A stretch of 64,000 nucleotides of DNA from Desulfobacteraceae bacterium (GCA_050253255.1 JBFWJK010000001.1:2165-66164); one strand, 5' to 3'; positions 1 through 10,716 are shown, numbered from the stretch's first letter. Made by a program: numbers and translations. Notes: generated by a model from the sequence alone, not told the origin.

Positions 1-195
1 GATGACCCTTCTGAAAGATGGCTTTCAGTATGTTTTTACGGAGATACAATAAATGATCCTGATGAGCAGGGTGACTTTGTTCCCGGAGGTCTTCTTGGTG
101 AAGACGGACACTGCTTTGACCTTGATGAAGGAACAGATGAAACTACATCATATATTAAAAAAAGAATTGAAGAAGCATACCAGCAGGCTAAATAA
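1..195 (+). CDS. 3' end of an unidentified CDS (5' end outside window)
   Basis: Frame 1 is open from base 1 to TAA at 193-195 (ends ...CFDLDEGTDETTSYIKKRIEEAYQQAK). No family recognised. Confidence 0.35.
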   Translation, partial: DDPSERWLSVCFYGDTINDPDEQGDFVPGGLLGEDGHCFDLDEGTDETTSYIKKRIEEAYQQAK

Positions 196-218
196 ACCAA
201 CCGGAGATTTTAATAACC

Positions 219-1085
219 ATGAAAATTAAAAAAGCTGTTTTTCCGGTTGCAGGTCTTGGAACAAGATTTCTTCCTGCAACAAAGGCCATGCCAAAGGAAA
301 TGCTTCCTGTAGTCGACAAGCCGCTTATTCAGTATGCAGTTGAAGAAGCCCTTCAAGCCGGAATAGAACAGATTATTTTTGTCACAGGACGCGGTAAAAG
401 CGCGCTTGAAGATCATTTCGACTATTCATACAGACTCCAGAATACCCTTCTTACCAAGGGAAAGGACAAGCTTCTTGAAAGTGTAATAAATCTTGTTCCT
501 GAATCAGGGACAATTATTTACACAAGACAAAATGAAGCAAAAGGGCTTGGACACGCAATCTGGTGCGCAAGGGATATTGTGGGTGATGAGCCTTTTGCAG
601 TTTTACTTGCAGACGACCTTATAAAATCTGAAAAACCTGTTTTAAAACAGATGATAAATGAGTTTGACAGGGTAAGGGCATCAATTGCAGCAGTTGAGGA
701 AGTTGATCCAAAACATACTGACAAATACGGAATAGTGGATGCCGATGAAATTGGAAACCGTCTTGTTCAGGTAAAAAAAATGGTTGAAAAACCAAAACCT
801 GAAGAGGCTCCTTCAAATCTTGCCATTATTGGAAGATATATTCTTACACCTAAAATTTTTGAAATTCTCCAAAATACTGAAAAAGGTGCAGGAGGAGAAA
901 TTCAGCTTACTGATGCAATGTCAAAACTTATGGAATATCAGCCTGTTTACGGATACAGATTTAAAGGGAGAAGATTTGACTGCGGAAGCAAGGCAGGCTT
1001 TCAAAAGGCAAATTTTGCATTCTGCATGGATCAGCCTGAAATCAAAGATGAACTTCTTGAGTTCATTAAAGATTATATAAAGTGA
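219..1085 (+). CDS. galU: UTP--glucose-1-phosphate uridylyltransferase
   Basis: 288 aa. The N-terminus KAVFPVAGLGTRFLPATKAMPKEMLPVVDKPLIQY is the canonical GalU nucleotidyltransferase signature, and length fits. Confidence 0.93.
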   Translation: MKIKKAVFPVAGLGTRFLPATKAMPKEMLPVVDKPLIQYAVEEALQAGIEQIIFVTGRGKSALEDHFDYSYRLQNTLLTKGKDKLLESVINLVPESGTIIYTRQNEAKGLGHAIWCARDIVGDEPFAVLLADDLIKSEKPVLKQMINEFDRVRASIAAVEEVDPKHTDKYGIVDADEIGNRLVQVKKMVEKPKPEEAPSNLAIIGRYILTPKIFEILQNTEKGAGGEIQLTDAMSKLMEYQPVYGYRFKGRRFDCGSKAGFQKANFAFCMDQPEIKDELLEFIKDYIK

Positions 1086-1111
1086 TTTAAAGAAATTAAA
1101 ATACAAAAAAA

Positions 1112-1148
1112 ACAGGGTGCTTTCTTAAAAAGAGCCACCCTGTTTTTC
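1112..1148. terminator. Bidirectional rho-independent terminator between convergent galU and ilvE
   Basis: Stem ACAGGGTG (1112-1119) pairs with CACCCTGT (1136-1143). It has an A-run upstream and a T-run downstream. Confidence 0.6.
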
Positions 1149-1181
1149 TTAAGCTGTATCAATTGTTTTTCAGCTGTTTTT

Positions 1182-2246
1182 TCAGCAGACTTTTATCATC
1201 CAGTTAAAAGGATCTGGCTTTCTTCCGTATTGAACATCAGTGAGAAGATCAAAAAACTTTGCTGATATTTCTCCTGTTTTTCCGTCACCCACAACTATTT
1301 TTTCATCACCGTATGCAATTTCTCCAACCGGAGATATAACAGCAGCTGTTCCGCTTCCGAAAACCTCATCGAGCTTTCCGCTCTTATGAGCCTTAATTAC
1401 ATCATCTATTGCAATTCTTTCCTCACGGACCTTGTATCCTTCTTTTTTTGCCATCGCGATTACAGAGTCCCTTGTTATTCCCGGAAGTATGCTTCCTGTG
1501 AGCTTTGGAGTCACAATTTCTCCGTCAATGACAAAGAAAATATTCATTGAGCCGACTTCTTCAATATATTTTTTTTCTATGCCGTCAAGCCATAAAACCT
1601 GGTTATATCCTTTTTTTGCCGCTTCTTCGGAAGCATAAAGACTTGCTGCATAGTTTCCGGCAGTTTTTGCTTCTCCCACCCCACCAGGAACGGCTCTTAC
1701 ATAATCCTTTGTAACCCATATTTTAACGGGATCAAAACCTGCTGAATAATAGGCGCCTACCGGGCACATTATTATAAAAAATCTGTAATGATCAGATGCT
1801 TTTATTCCCACATATTCATCTGTTGCAATAATTGCAGGTCTTATATACAGAGAAGTTCCTTCCTTTGATGGAACCCAGTCCTTATCAATATTTATGAGCT
1901 CTTTTAACGAATTTAAAACAAACTCACCGTCAAATTCAGGAATACACATTCTTTTTGCAGATCTGTTCATTCTCCTGAAATTTTCATCTGCTCTGAAAAG
2001 AACTATTTCGCCTTCGGGATTTTTATAAGCTTTGAGCCCTTCAAAAATTGCCTGGGCATAGTGAAAGACAGATGTTGCCGGAGAGACTGTAAAAGGGCCG
2101 AAAGGGACAATTCTTGGATCATGCCACCCAAGTCCTGTTTCATAATCCATAATAAACATGTGATCAGTGAAGATTTTTCCGAAACCAAGCTGGTCCTCAG
2201 CAGGTTTTTCCTTTAGTTGATTAGATTTGGTGATTTTTAAATCCAT
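1182..2246 (-). CDS. ilvE: Branched-chain amino acid aminotransferase
   Basis: 354 aa. Class IV aminotransferase pattern (FGKIFTDHMF, YIRP, GEAKTAGNYAAS, GTAAVISPV) typical of the long-form IlvE. Confidence 0.9.
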   Translation of the reverse strand: MDLKITKSNQLKEKPAEDQLGFGKIFTDHMFIMDYETGLGWHDPRIVPFGPFTVSPATSVFHYAQAIFEGLKAYKNPEGEIVLFRADENFRRMNRSAKRMCIPEFDGEFVLNSLKELINIDKDWVPSKEGTSLYIRPAIIATDEYVGIKASDHYRFFIIMCPVGAYYSAGFDPVKIWVTKDYVRAVPGGVGEAKTAGNYAASLYASEEAAKKGYNQVLWLDGIEKKYIEEVGSMNIFFVIDGEIVTPKLTGSILPGITRDSVIAMAKKEGYKVREERIAIDDVIKAHKSGKLDEVFGSGTAAVISPVGEIAYGDEKIVVGDGKTGEISAKFFDLLTDVQYGRKPDPFNWMIKVC

Positions 2247-2367
2247 GGCCGCTGCTCCGTTAATTGGGATTTGACTTAAATTTTATTAAAACAATATAAG
2301 TATTTTTTAAAAAAAATTTCAAGAGCTGATTTGACTTTTAGCGAATTAATGGTATTTTCACTTGAAC

Positions 2368-2415
2368 TGAGCGTTTCATATTTTTAATATTGAAATATTT
2401 ATAATGAATTAACGG
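2368..2415 (+). repeat. Copy a of a recurring intergenic element (core TGAGCGTTTCATATTTT)
   Basis: Shares the 17-nt core and a downstream AATGAAT(T/C)AA block with the copies at 26141-26211 and 62614-62684. It ends just before the RBS/ATG of the gene at 2426. Confidence 0.5.
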
Positions 2416-2425
2416 AGATACAAAA

Positions 2426-3232
2426 ATGACAGAAGATATAAAAGCCGAAATTAAACCTGTAGAACTGAATGAAAACAGCACATTTCAGTTCAGATGCCAT
2501 CCGGGAGTGAGCTGTTTTACAAACTGCTGCAGAAATATTAATATAATGCTTACCCCCTACGACATAATCAAACTGAAAAATAAAATGGAAATAGATTCTT
2601 CAGAGTTTCTTGCAGTTTATACTGAACCAAACCTTCTTGAAAAAACTGACCTTCCTGTAATTACAATGAGAATGCTTGATGATGAAAAAAAATCATGTCC
2701 TTTTGTAAGAGACGGTGAAGGCTGCATCATTTATGAGGAGAGACCGACAATCTGCAGATATTATCCTGTGGGATTTGGTGCCTTAAGCCACAAAATGCAG
2801 GAAAATGAAGACAAGGATTTCTTTTTTCTCATCAGGGAGCCGATGTGTAAAGGCCACCTTGAAAAAAATGAAATGACAGTAAAAGAATGGCGTCAGGATC
2901 AGGGAATTGAAGAAAGAGACAGAATTAATTCAGGATGGATGGATCTTGTTGTCAGAAAACAGACAACAACCACTACAATGAAGTTTACTGAAAAAAGTAA
3001 AAAGCTCTTTTTCATGGTCTGTTACAATATTGATGCATTCAGAAGATTTGTATTTGAAAGCGGATTCAAGGACATGTACAACCTCGATGAAACTCTTCTT
3101 GAAAAATTCAATGATGATATAGAACTTCTTCAGTTCGGATTTGCATGGCTGAAGGCAATGTTTTTTCAGATAGATCCTTCAGGTCTTTTCCAGGTTGACA
3201 ATGACAAGGCTGAAGAAAGATTAAAAAAATAA
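2426..3232 (+). CDS. YkgJ-family (CxxCxxCC-type) Zn/Fe-S cysteine-cluster protein
   Basis: 268 aa. N-terminal cluster CHPGVSCFTNCC plus a later CPF...GCIIYEERPTICRYYP, the pattern of the putative zinc/iron-chelating YkgJ family. Confidence 0.7.
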   Translation: MTEDIKAEIKPVELNENSTFQFRCHPGVSCFTNCCRNINIMLTPYDIIKLKNKMEIDSSEFLAVYTEPNLLEKTDLPVITMRMLDDEKKSCPFVRDGEGCIIYEERPTICRYYPVGFGALSHKMQENEDKDFFFLIREPMCKGHLEKNEMTVKEWRQDQGIEERDRINSGWMDLVVRKQTTTTTMKFTEKSKKLFFMVCYNIDAFRRFVFESGFKDMYNLDETLLEKFNDDIELLQFGFAWLKAMFFQIDPSGLFQVDNDKAEERLKK

Positions 3233-3282
3233 AATTTAAAGCTCCGGGCTTTTCAGGCATATCAAATACATAAAAATGAAAA

Positions 3283-3307
3283 AGCCGCAGATTCTGCGGC
3301 TTTTTTT
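3283..3307. terminator. Bidirectional rho-independent terminator
   Basis: AGCCGCAG (3283-3290) pairs with CTGCGGCT (3294-3301), followed by T7 and preceded by A5. It lies between convergent genes. Confidence 0.7.
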
Positions 3308-3332
3308 GTTATATGCAAGTAATTAAATACTG

Positions 3333-4685
3333 TTACTTGTTGTTGAAATAATCTTTTGTGGTTTTAACAATAACAGGTGTAAGAGCAATAAGAGCTATGA
3401 GGTTTGGAAATGCCATAAGACCATTGAAAACGTCTGCAATTGTCCAGACAAGGTTAAGTTTAAGCATTGCACCAATTCCTGCAAAAAGTACAAATACGGC
3501 TCTGTAAGGCATTATGGCCTTTTCTCCGAAAAGATATTCAATCGATTTCTCTCCGTAGTAGCACCATCCAAGAATTGTTGAAAAAGCAAAAAGAACAAGA
3601 CCTATTGTTACAATGTACTCGCCCCCGGGAACAGCTGAAAGCTGGAAGGAGTATGTTGTAAGGTCGGCACCGTTTTTGCCTGTTGTCCATGCGCCTTTGA
3701 GAACAATAACAAGACCGGTCATAGTACATACAATAATTGTATCAATAAAAGTCTGGGTCATTGAAACAAGAGCCTGTGTTACAGGATGTTTTGTCTTTGC
3801 AGCTGCAGCAGCAATAGGAGCACTACCAAGACCTGATTCGTTAGAGAAAACCCCTCTTGCAACACCCATTCTGATTGTAAGCATTACAGCAGAACCTGCA
3901 AAACCGCCTGTAGCAGCTGTAGGGTTGAATGCATGGTGAAAGATTATTCCAAATGCTGCAGGAATATCAGAAAAGTTAACTATAAGAACAATCAGACAGC
4001 TTATTACATAGAAAAGAACCATAAAGGGAACTATAAAACCGGTAACCCTTCCTATACTCTTGATACCTCCAATAACAACAAGTCCGACAAAAACCATTGT
4101 TACAAGACCTGTAACCCAGAAAGGTACATTGAAGTTTGCATTAAGGGCATCGGCCATGGAGTTGGACTGAACCATATTTCCAATACCAAAGGCTGCAACA
4201 GCTGCAAATATTGCAAAAAGAACGCCCATCCACTTCCAGCCGAGTCCGTTTGTAATATAATACATAGGACCGCCGCACATGTTTCCGTTGTCATCCTTTT
4301 CCCTGTACACAACAGCAAGAACAGCCTCGCCGTATTTGGTCGCCATACCGACAAGTCCTGTAATCCACATCCAGAACAGGGCTCCCGGTCCGCCAAGAGC
4401 GATTGCTGTAGCAACACCTGCGATGTTACCTGTACCGACTGTAGCAGACATGGCTGTCATCAGAGCCTGAAAATGAGAAATATCTCCTTCTTCGTCATCA
4501 TCATCTTCTTTTCTCTTGATAAAAGCCAGGTAAAGTGATTCTCCAAGAGTTGTAAACTGAAGTCCTTTTAATCTTACGGTAAGCCATAGACCTGTTCCAA
4601 CAAGCAGTACAAGAAGCGGTGCACCCCAGATCCATCCGCTGAGCATACCCATAAAATTTTCCAGAGATTTCAGAAAAGCGTCCAT
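3333..4685 (-). CDS. Alanine/glycine:cation symporter (AGCS family)
   Basis: 450 aa polytopic membrane protein with the AGCS signature [34 protein letters not shown]. Confidence 0.9.
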   Translation of the reverse strand: MDAFLKSLENFMGMLSGWIWGAPLLVLLVGTGLWLTVRLKGLQFTTLGESLYLAFIKRKEDDDDEEGDISHFQALMTAMSATVGTGNIAGVATAIALGGPGALFWMWITGLVGMATKYGEAVLAVVYREKDDNGNMCGGPMYYITNGLGWKWMGVLFAIFAAVAAFGIGNMVQSNSMADALNANFNVPFWVTGLVTMVFVGLVVIGGIKSIGRVTGFIVPFMVLFYVISCLIVLIVNFSDIPAAFGIIFHHAFNPTAATGGFAGSAVMLTIRMGVARGVFSNESGLGSAPIAAAAAKTKHPVTQALVSMTQTFIDTIIVCTMTGLVIVLKGAWTTGKNGADLTTYSFQLSAVPGGEYIVTIGLVLFAFSTILGWCYYGEKSIEYLFGEKAIMPYRAVFVLFAGIGAMLKLNLVWTIADVFNGLMAFPNLIALIALTPVIVKTTKDYFNNK

Positions 4686-4931
4686 AAACCTCTCCCCTTT
4701 TTAATTTGGTTTACATTAATGTCAAATCTATTATCATAAGCAATTAACCTTCGGGAAAAAACAGTTCTTTTTTATCAAGTTTCAGAATATCAAAAAATTA
4801 AATTAAAAATATTAAATTTTTTGACTGAAACTAACTAAAAACACTGTTTTTGATCTCCAACTAAATAATATGCTCGAAACATATAGCTCTGTAAACTTTT
4901 TTTTAAAAAAATACACAATGAAAGGCTAACC

Positions 4932-6626
4932 ATGAAAAAAATTATTATTTCGTTTTTTATTATTGCACTTGCAGCAGGAGCAGGGGCTTACTTTTATTTG
5001 GCAAAAGCTCCGATACTTTTATCTTCAACCCCCGAACAGATGCTCCCAAATGATACAACATTTTTTGTGCAGATAAAAAATCTGGAAAAAAATATTGAAA
5101 AAATCCGTAACAATAATCTTGGGAAAAATATCGAAAAAATTGATTTTATTTCAACAGCTCAAAAAATGGAACTTCCTCAGGAAACCATAGAACAACTTGA
5201 AAAGCTCAAATCCGCTCTTGACTCAAAGGTAAATCAGAAAATATTTTATAATTTTTTCGGCAAAAATTTTTCCATTGCTCTTGTTTCGATTGATTTTGAA
5301 TCCCCTTCAGGTAAAGACTTCCGCCCCCAGGATGCTAAGGCAGCACTGCTGATAGAACCGAGAACAAATGCAAAATTTTCTCAGATGATATCCGAGACAA
5401 TACCTGAAATAAAGACAAAACAGGACTATGAATACAACGGTACTACGATTACCGGCGCATCATATAAAGATTCATTCGACTTTTACCATTTTGTAAAAAA
5501 TGAATATATAATACTTACTTTCAACCTTGAAACAGCTCAAAAAATTGCTGATGTAAAAAAAGATGAAAACTCTCTTGCCTCAACAAAAAGGTTTGCTGAC
5601 ATAAAAAATAAAATAAATTCTGATGAAAGAGATTTCTTTTTCTATGCTGATACACAAAAAGTATACTCAAAAATAGAAGAAGCCGCACAAAAAGAGGAGT
5701 TCGAATTTCTGGTAAATGTCAGAAAAAGACTGAATAAAGATCTCAAGTCTGTTGTTTTATGCGGTTTTAACAGATCGGACTCATACTATGAATCAATTTC
5801 TGATGTTGAGCTCAGTTATGAAAATACTGTCCCTGGAGAAAATGCAAAAAGATTTTTATCAATGGTTCCTCAAAATCCTGTTACATTTTCATGGCAGAAC
5901 AATTTTGATTTAGAAAAAATCATAAAGGACTTTTTAAACGACCAGGAAAAAATAGACAGTTTTGAACAAAGACTTTTAACTGAAGCTCAAATTGACCCGC
6001 AGGCTGTTTACAGCGGATTCAAAGGTGATCTGGGACTTATTTTCACAGATACAGATACCCAGGGAATGTTTCCGGTGCCTTATATAGCTTTTGTCTTTGA
6101 TAAAAAAGCAGGCCCTGTCTTTGAAATGTGCCTTGATTCAATACAGAGAGAAAAAAACAATTCCATTCCAGTTCAGGATAAAACATTAAACAATATTCAA
6201 ATCAAATCGGTTCCTCTTCCTCTTGGCAAGGCAATAGAGCCTTCATGGGGGTATTTTAACGATTATTTCATAGTTTCAATGAATACTTTGATTTTTCAGG
6301 AAATCATCGATGCGGCAGACTCCGAAAACTCAATAGAAAACAATAAAAATTTTCAGTTTGTCAAAAAACATCTTCCAGATGAATTCAACATGGTTTCATT
6401 TTTAAACACAGTAAAATTTCTTGATAATCTTAAATCTTCAGGAGAATCTCTTCTCAGATTTGCAGCCTTCAAAGCCCCTCACATGACAGAAAAAGGGAAC
6501 ATATTTCTAGATGAAGTTTTTGTTCCTGTCTGCGACGGACTTAAAGTTTACGAGGCCTTTGGTAATGCTTCAGTATTTGAAAAAGACAAACTTTACGGTA
6601 CAGGAATAACAAAAAAATCTGAATAA
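4932..6626 (+). CDS. Hypothetical exported or membrane-anchored protein
   Basis: 564 aa with a single N-terminal hydrophobic segment (IIISFFIIALAAGAGAYFYL). The rest is hydrophilic. No family confidently recognised (possibly DUF3352-like). Confidence 0.6.
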   Translation: MKKIIISFFIIALAAGAGAYFYLAKAPILLSSTPEQMLPNDTTFFVQIKNLEKNIEKIRNNNLGKNIEKIDFISTAQKMELPQETIEQLEKLKSALDSKVNQKIFYNFFGKNFSIALVSIDFESPSGKDFRPQDAKAALLIEPRTNAKFSQMISETIPEIKTKQDYEYNGTTITGASYKDSFDFYHFVKNEYIILTFNLETAQKIADVKKDENSLASTKRFADIKNKINSDERDFFFYADTQKVYSKIEEAAQKEEFEFLVNVRKRLNKDLKSVVLCGFNRSDSYYESISDVELSYENTVPGENAKRFLSMVPQNPVTFSWQNNFDLEKIIKDFLNDQEKIDSFEQRLLTEAQIDPQAVYSGFKGDLGLIFTDTDTQGMFPVPYIAFVFDKKAGPVFEMCLDSIQREKNNSIPVQDKTLNNIQIKSVPLPLGKAIEPSWGYFNDYFIVSMNTLIFQEIIDAADSENSIENNKNFQFVKKHLPDEFNMVSFLNTVKFLDNLKSSGESLLRFAAFKAPHMTEKGNIFLDEVFVPVCDGLKVYEAFGNASVFEKDKLYGTGITKKSE

Positions 6627-6632
6627 AACAAA

Positions 6633-6664
6633 AACCCTTCAGGTTTATCCCTGAAGGGTTTTTA
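6633..6664 (+). terminator. Rho-independent terminator
   Basis: AACCCTTCAGG (6633-6643) pairs with CCTGAAGGGTT (6650-6660), followed by a T-run. Confidence 0.7.
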
Positions 6665-6717
6665 ATTCCTGCAAAAATCAGTCTATAAAAATTCATACAA
6701 GACAGATAAGCAGAGTT

Positions 6718-7092
6718 TTACTTATCAGGGTAGTAAGTTGCAGCTGCATTGTCAGACTCCCAGACTGTAACCCTTGAAACACTTATATCATTATTGTCAA
6801 TTTTCTTTTCAATTTCATCTGCAATATATTTTGCAAGAATTTCTGAAGAAGCATTGACATTTTTAAAAGGTTCCAGCTCGTTCAGATACTTGTGGTCAAG
6901 ATAACCAAGAATTTCCCTTAAATATTTTTTTATTATCCCGAAATCTATAACAACTCCGAATTCATTGAGTTTGTCAGACTTTATATAAAGCTCTGTTCTC
7001 CAGTTATGGCCGTGAAGATTTTCACATTTTTCAGTAACGTTTGAAAGACGGTGCGCCGCTGCAAAACTTCCTGTAACTTTAAGTTCGTACAT
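6718..7092 (-). CDS. queD: 6-carboxy-5,6,7,8-tetrahydropterin synthase
   Basis: 124 aa. FAAAHRL...CENLHGHNW...LDHKYLNE motifs of the 6-pyruvoyl-tetrahydropterin synthase/QueD family. Confidence 0.85.
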   Translation of the reverse strand: MYELKVTGSFAAAHRLSNVTEKCENLHGHNWRTELYIKSDKLNEFGVVIDFGIIKKYLREILGYLDHKYLNELEPFKNVNASSEILAKYIADEIEKKIDNNDISVSRVTVWESDNAAATYYPDK

Positions 7093-7093
7093 A

Positions 7094-8191
7094 TTAAAAT
7101 CCCTTTAAAAGATTCTTTAATTTATTTGAAATCTTGTTTTCATCAAGCTTGTTAAATTCCTTTAAAAGCTTTTCCTGTTTCTTGTTTATGCCGGTGGGTG
7201 TCTTTATATGGAAAATTACAATCTGATCACCCCTTTGTCCTGTCCGGAGTGAAGGAACACCTTCATTTCTAAGTCTTATTTTATCGCCGAACTGGGTACC
7301 TCTGGGTATTTCAATTTCAAGCTCGCCGCTTATGGTTGGAATTGTAATCTTGTCTCCCAGAGCTGCCTGAATAAATGTAATATCAACATAACAGATCAGG
7401 TCAGAGCCTCTTCTTTCAAAATGTTTGTGAGACTTTACCCTTATAAAGATATAAAGATCTCCGTTTGGTCCACCACCTGTTCCTGCTTCACCTTCACCTG
7501 AAAGCCTCAGTTTTGAACCGTTATCAACCCCTTTTGGGATTTTTAATGAAACCTTTCTCTTTTTCTGAACAATTCCCCTTCCTCTGCATTCCCTGCACGG
7601 GTCCTTGATTATGGAGCCTTTACCCTTGCAATATGGACATGCTGACCTTACTGTGAAAAAGCCCTGTGATTCTGTATACTGCCCTGAGCCTCCGCAGCCC
7701 GGACATACTTCAGGAGAAGTTCCGGGTTCGCTTCCTGTTCCGGAACATCTTTCACATTTCTCATTCTTGAGAAGCTCAAGCTCCTTGTCTGCACCAAACA
7801 CAGCTTCTTCAAATTCTATTTCAAGATCATACCTTAAATCAGAACCTCTGGCTGCACCTGACCGCCTTCTTCTTCCTCTTCCAAAACCGAAAAATTCCTG
7901 AAAAATATCCCCGAAATCTGAAAAAATATCATTAAAATCTCCTGCTCCTGAAAAACCTGCACCGTTCAGACCTTCATGGCCGTACTGGTCGTAAATTTTT
8001 CTTTTTTCCACATCGGATAAAACAGCATACGCTTCGGATGCTTCCTTGAATTTTTCCTCTGCCTCACTGTCTCCGGGATTTCTGTCCGGATGATACTTCA
8101 TTGCAACTTTTCTGTATCTTTTTTTCAAGGTGTCGGAATCAACATCCTTTTCAACCCCTAAAATCTCGTAATAGTCTTTTTTTGTTGTCAT
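7094..8191 (-). CDS. dnaJ: Molecular chaperone DnaJ
   Basis: 365 aa. J domain (DYYEILGV...KYHPDRNP), G/F-rich linker, four CxxCxGxG zinc-finger repeats and a C-terminal substrate-binding domain. Confidence 0.95.
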   Translation of the reverse strand: MTTKKDYYEILGVEKDVDSDTLKKRYRKVAMKYHPDRNPGDSEAEEKFKEASEAYAVLSDVEKRKIYDQYGHEGLNGAGFSGAGDFNDIFSDFGDIFQEFFGFGRGRRRRSGAARGSDLRYDLEIEFEEAVFGADKELELLKNEKCERCSGTGSEPGTSPEVCPGCGGSGQYTESQGFFTVRSACPYCKGKGSIIKDPCRECRGRGIVQKKRKVSLKIPKGVDNGSKLRLSGEGEAGTGGGPNGDLYIFIRVKSHKHFERRGSDLICYVDITFIQAALGDKITIPTISGELEIEIPRGTQFGDKIRLRNEGVPSLRTGQRGDQIVIFHIKTPTGINKKQEKLLKEFNKLDENKISNKLKNLLKGF

Positions 8192-8338
8192 TATGAAAAA
8201 CCTGAGCTTTATGTTTGTTGTTTAAAGTTTAAGTTTGTGCTAAAGATTTTGCCGTTCTCAATTAAAATTGGCTTCCGACCTTAATTTTCCGGAAGCCAAA
8301 ATTTCATATAATAATTAATACATTAAACGGTATTGTCA

Positions 8339-9043
8339 ATGAATAAGAATGAACGACCATTTATAAAAAGCATGTTCGACAAAATTGCACCCTGGTATGA
8401 TTTCCTCAACAGATTCTTAAGCCTCAGACAGGATGTGTCATGGAGAAGAAAGGCTGTAAAGTCTCTAGAACTTGACCATAAAAACCCGAAAATACTTGAT
8501 ATGGCCTGCGGAACCTGTGATATAGGGCTTGAAATTTTAAGACAGAACAACAGTGCACATATAACAGGTGCGGATTTTTCATGGGAAATGCTTAAGTTTT
8601 CAAAGAAAAAAATACGTCTTAAAAATAAATCAGAAAATTTTTCCCTGATATCTTCAAACGCTCTTTTTTCTCCTTTTAAAAATGAAATTTTTGACGGAAT
8701 CACAATAGCATTCGGAATAAGAAATATTGTGAACAGACAAAAAGCCCTTGAAAATTTCTATTTATCACTAAAAAAAGGGGGAAAAATTGCAGTTCTGGAG
8801 CTGACAACTCCTGAAAACAGATTCTTGAAGACTCTTTACCTTTTGTATTTTTTAAAAATACTTCCTTTTATCGGAGGCCTTTTTTCAAAAAACTACCATG
8901 CATACTCGTATCTGCCTGAATCTGTCATAAATTTCCCGTCTTCAGGTGAATTTTTAAAAATTATGGAAAAAGCAGGTTTTAAAAATGTGGAATATAAGAA
9001 TTTTACATTCGGAATCTGTACTCTTTTTACCGGCGAAAAATAA
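8339..9043 (+). CDS. ubiE: Demethylmenaquinone/ubiquinone C-methyltransferase
   Basis: FDKIAPWYDFLNRFLSLRQDVSWRR and the SAM motif ILDMACGTCD are typical of UbiE/MenG. ATG at 8339 is preferred over the TTG at 8333 in the ORF track. Confidence 0.85.
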   Translation: MNKNERPFIKSMFDKIAPWYDFLNRFLSLRQDVSWRRKAVKSLELDHKNPKILDMACGTCDIGLEILRQNNSAHITGADFSWEMLKFSKKKIRLKNKSENFSLISSNALFSPFKNEIFDGITIAFGIRNIVNRQKALENFYLSLKKGGKIAVLELTTPENRFLKTLYLLYFLKILPFIGGLFSKNYHAYSYLPESVINFPSSGEFLKIMEKAGFKNVEYKNFTFGICTLFTGEK

Positions 9044-9048
9044 CAAAA

Positions 9049-9076
9049 CTGCCCGGAAACCGTTTTTTCCGGGCAG
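9049..9076. terminator. Hairpin between convergent ubiE and nadB (T-run on the minus strand)
   Basis: CTGCCCGGAAA (9049-9059) pairs with TTCCGGGCAG (9067-9076). Read on the minus strand it is followed by TTTTGTT. Confidence 0.55.
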
Positions 9077-9084
9077 CAGATTTA

Positions 9085-10698
9085 TCAGTTTTTCATCTTT
9101 ATGATTGTATTTTCAACATTTTTGTCGTTCTTAAAAGGATAATCTATTGAATAATGAAGCCCTCTGCTCTCTTTTCTTTTTCTTGCACACTTTATTATAA
9201 GCTCTGCAACAAGGGCAATATTTCTCAGCTCTATAAGGTCAGGAGTCACCTTGAAATCCCAGTAATATTCGTTAATCTCCTCCTGAATCGCCTTTATTCT
9301 TCTTTTTGCCCTTTCAAGTCTTTTGTCAGACCTCACTATTCCGACATAATTCCACATGAAGAGCCTGATTTCATCCCAGTTATGGGAAACCATTATTGCT
9401 TCGTCACTGTCTGTTGTTCCTGATTCATCCCATACAGGAACATCCTCAATGGGAATACTGAAATCAGTCGAACCAAGTGCATCTTTCGAAGACCTGTCGG
9501 CATAGACAAGAGCTTCGAGAAGAGAGTTGCTTGCAAGCCTGTTTGCTCCGTGAAGTCCGGTACATGCAGTTTCACCTACCGCATAGAGATTTTTTATGTC
9601 CGAGTGCCCGTTAAGGTCGGTTGCAACTCCTCCGCACATGTAATGTGCCGCCGGAACAACAGGAATATAATCCTTTGTCATGTCAATATTGTATTCAAGG
9701 CATTTCTCATAGAGATTTGGAAATCTTTTTTTCACAAAGTCAGGATCTTTATGAGTAATATCAAGAAAAACAGAATCATCTCCCGATTTTTTCATTTCAT
9801 GGTCTATTGCTCTTGCCACAACATCTCTGCACGCAAGATCTTCGAGAGGGCTGTATTCCTTCATGAATCTCTTTCCTCTTGCGTCCCTTAAAACAGCACC
9901 TTCTCCCCGCACAGCCTCCGATATGAGAAAGTTCTTTGCCTTCGGATGAAAAAGACAGGTCGGGTGAAACTGTACAAACTCCAGATTCGCAACACTTGCT
10001 CCGGCTCTGTATGCCATTGCAATTCCGTCACCTGTGGCTACATCTGGATTGCTTGTATAAAGATAAACCTTTCCGCTTCCTCCGCAGGCAAGAACAGTTT
10101 TTCTCGCACTGAAGCTTTTAACCTCATTTGTGTTCTTGTCTAGAATATATGCACCGCTGCATTCCCTTTCGCAGGTGGTTACAATTACGCCCCTGTTTAT
10201 TACTGTTGATTTTGTAATCAGATCTATTGCTATATGGTTTTCATAAACATCTATATTCGGGTGTTTTTTTACCTTTTCAACAAGCACATTCTGAATTTCC
10301 CTGCCTGTCATGTCAACTGAGTGGACTATCCTTTCCGCAGAATGCCCCCCTTCTCTGCCGAGATCCAGCTTTGTCTCATCTGTTTCAACCCGGTCAAATC
10401 TTACACCCATTTCTATGAGTTCCTGAATCATATGAGGACCCTCGGAAACAACCATTTCAGTAACTTCCCTGCTGCAGAGACCGTCGCCTGCCTCAAGGGT
10501 ATCCTTGACATGAAGCTCAAAGGAGTCCTTGTCATCAAAAACAGAGGCCACACCTCCCTGTGCCTTTGAAGTGTTTGTTTCAAAAATATCTTTCTTTGTT
10601 ACAATACTAACCTTTCCGCTGTCAGCTACCTTGAGAGCGAACATAAGACCGGCAACTCCGCTTCCTATAACAAGAAAATCTGTTTTTATCTCCATCAC
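9085..10698 (-). CDS. nadB: L-aspartate oxidase
   Basis: 537 aa. FAD-binding N-terminus DFLVIGSGVAGL, then AQGGVAS and HGANRLASNSLLE, typical of the NadB/succinate dehydrogenase flavoprotein family at NadB length. Confidence 0.93.
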   Translation of the reverse strand: MMEIKTDFLVIGSGVAGLMFALKVADSGKVSIVTKKDIFETNTSKAQGGVASVFDDKDSFELHVKDTLEAGDGLCSREVTEMVVSEGPHMIQELIEMGVRFDRVETDETKLDLGREGGHSAERIVHSVDMTGREIQNVLVEKVKKHPNIDVYENHIAIDLITKSTVINRGVIVTTCERECSGAYILDKNTNEVKSFSARKTVLACGGSGKVYLYTSNPDVATGDGIAMAYRAGASVANLEFVQFHPTCLFHPKAKNFLISEAVRGEGAVLRDARGKRFMKEYSPLEDLACRDVVARAIDHEMKKSGDDSVFLDITHKDPDFVKKRFPNLYEKCLEYNIDMTKDYIPVVPAAHYMCGGVATDLNGHSDIKNLYAVGETACTGLHGANRLASNSLLEALVYADRSSKDALGSTDFSIPIEDVPVWDESGTTDSDEAIMVSHNWDEIRLFMWNYVGIVRSDKRLERAKRRIKAIQEEINEYYWDFKVTPDLIELRNIALVAELIIKCARKRKESRGLHYSIDYPFKNDKNVENTIIKMKN

Positions 10699-10716
10699 AA
10701 TTCTTTCATCTAATAT

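Noticed and set aside
3613-4538. ORFs 3613-3939 (+, 108 aa), 3933-4538 (+, 201 aa) and smaller ones opposite the AGCS symporter gene
   Set aside because: They lie entirely antisense to a well-supported membrane transporter. Their low-complexity, Cys/His-rich translations are typical shadow ORFs, and they have no RBS.
4686-4931. Glycine riboswitch upstream of the alanine/glycine symporter gene
   Set aside because: The minus-strand leader lacks the conserved GGAGAG...CACCG/ACCGAAGGGGCAA-type elements.
8323-8703. 126-aa minus-strand ORF overlapping ubiE; likewise 14314-14709 overlapping the asnS end and cheY
   Set aside because: The sense-strand genes have unambiguous family signatures and the antisense translations have none.
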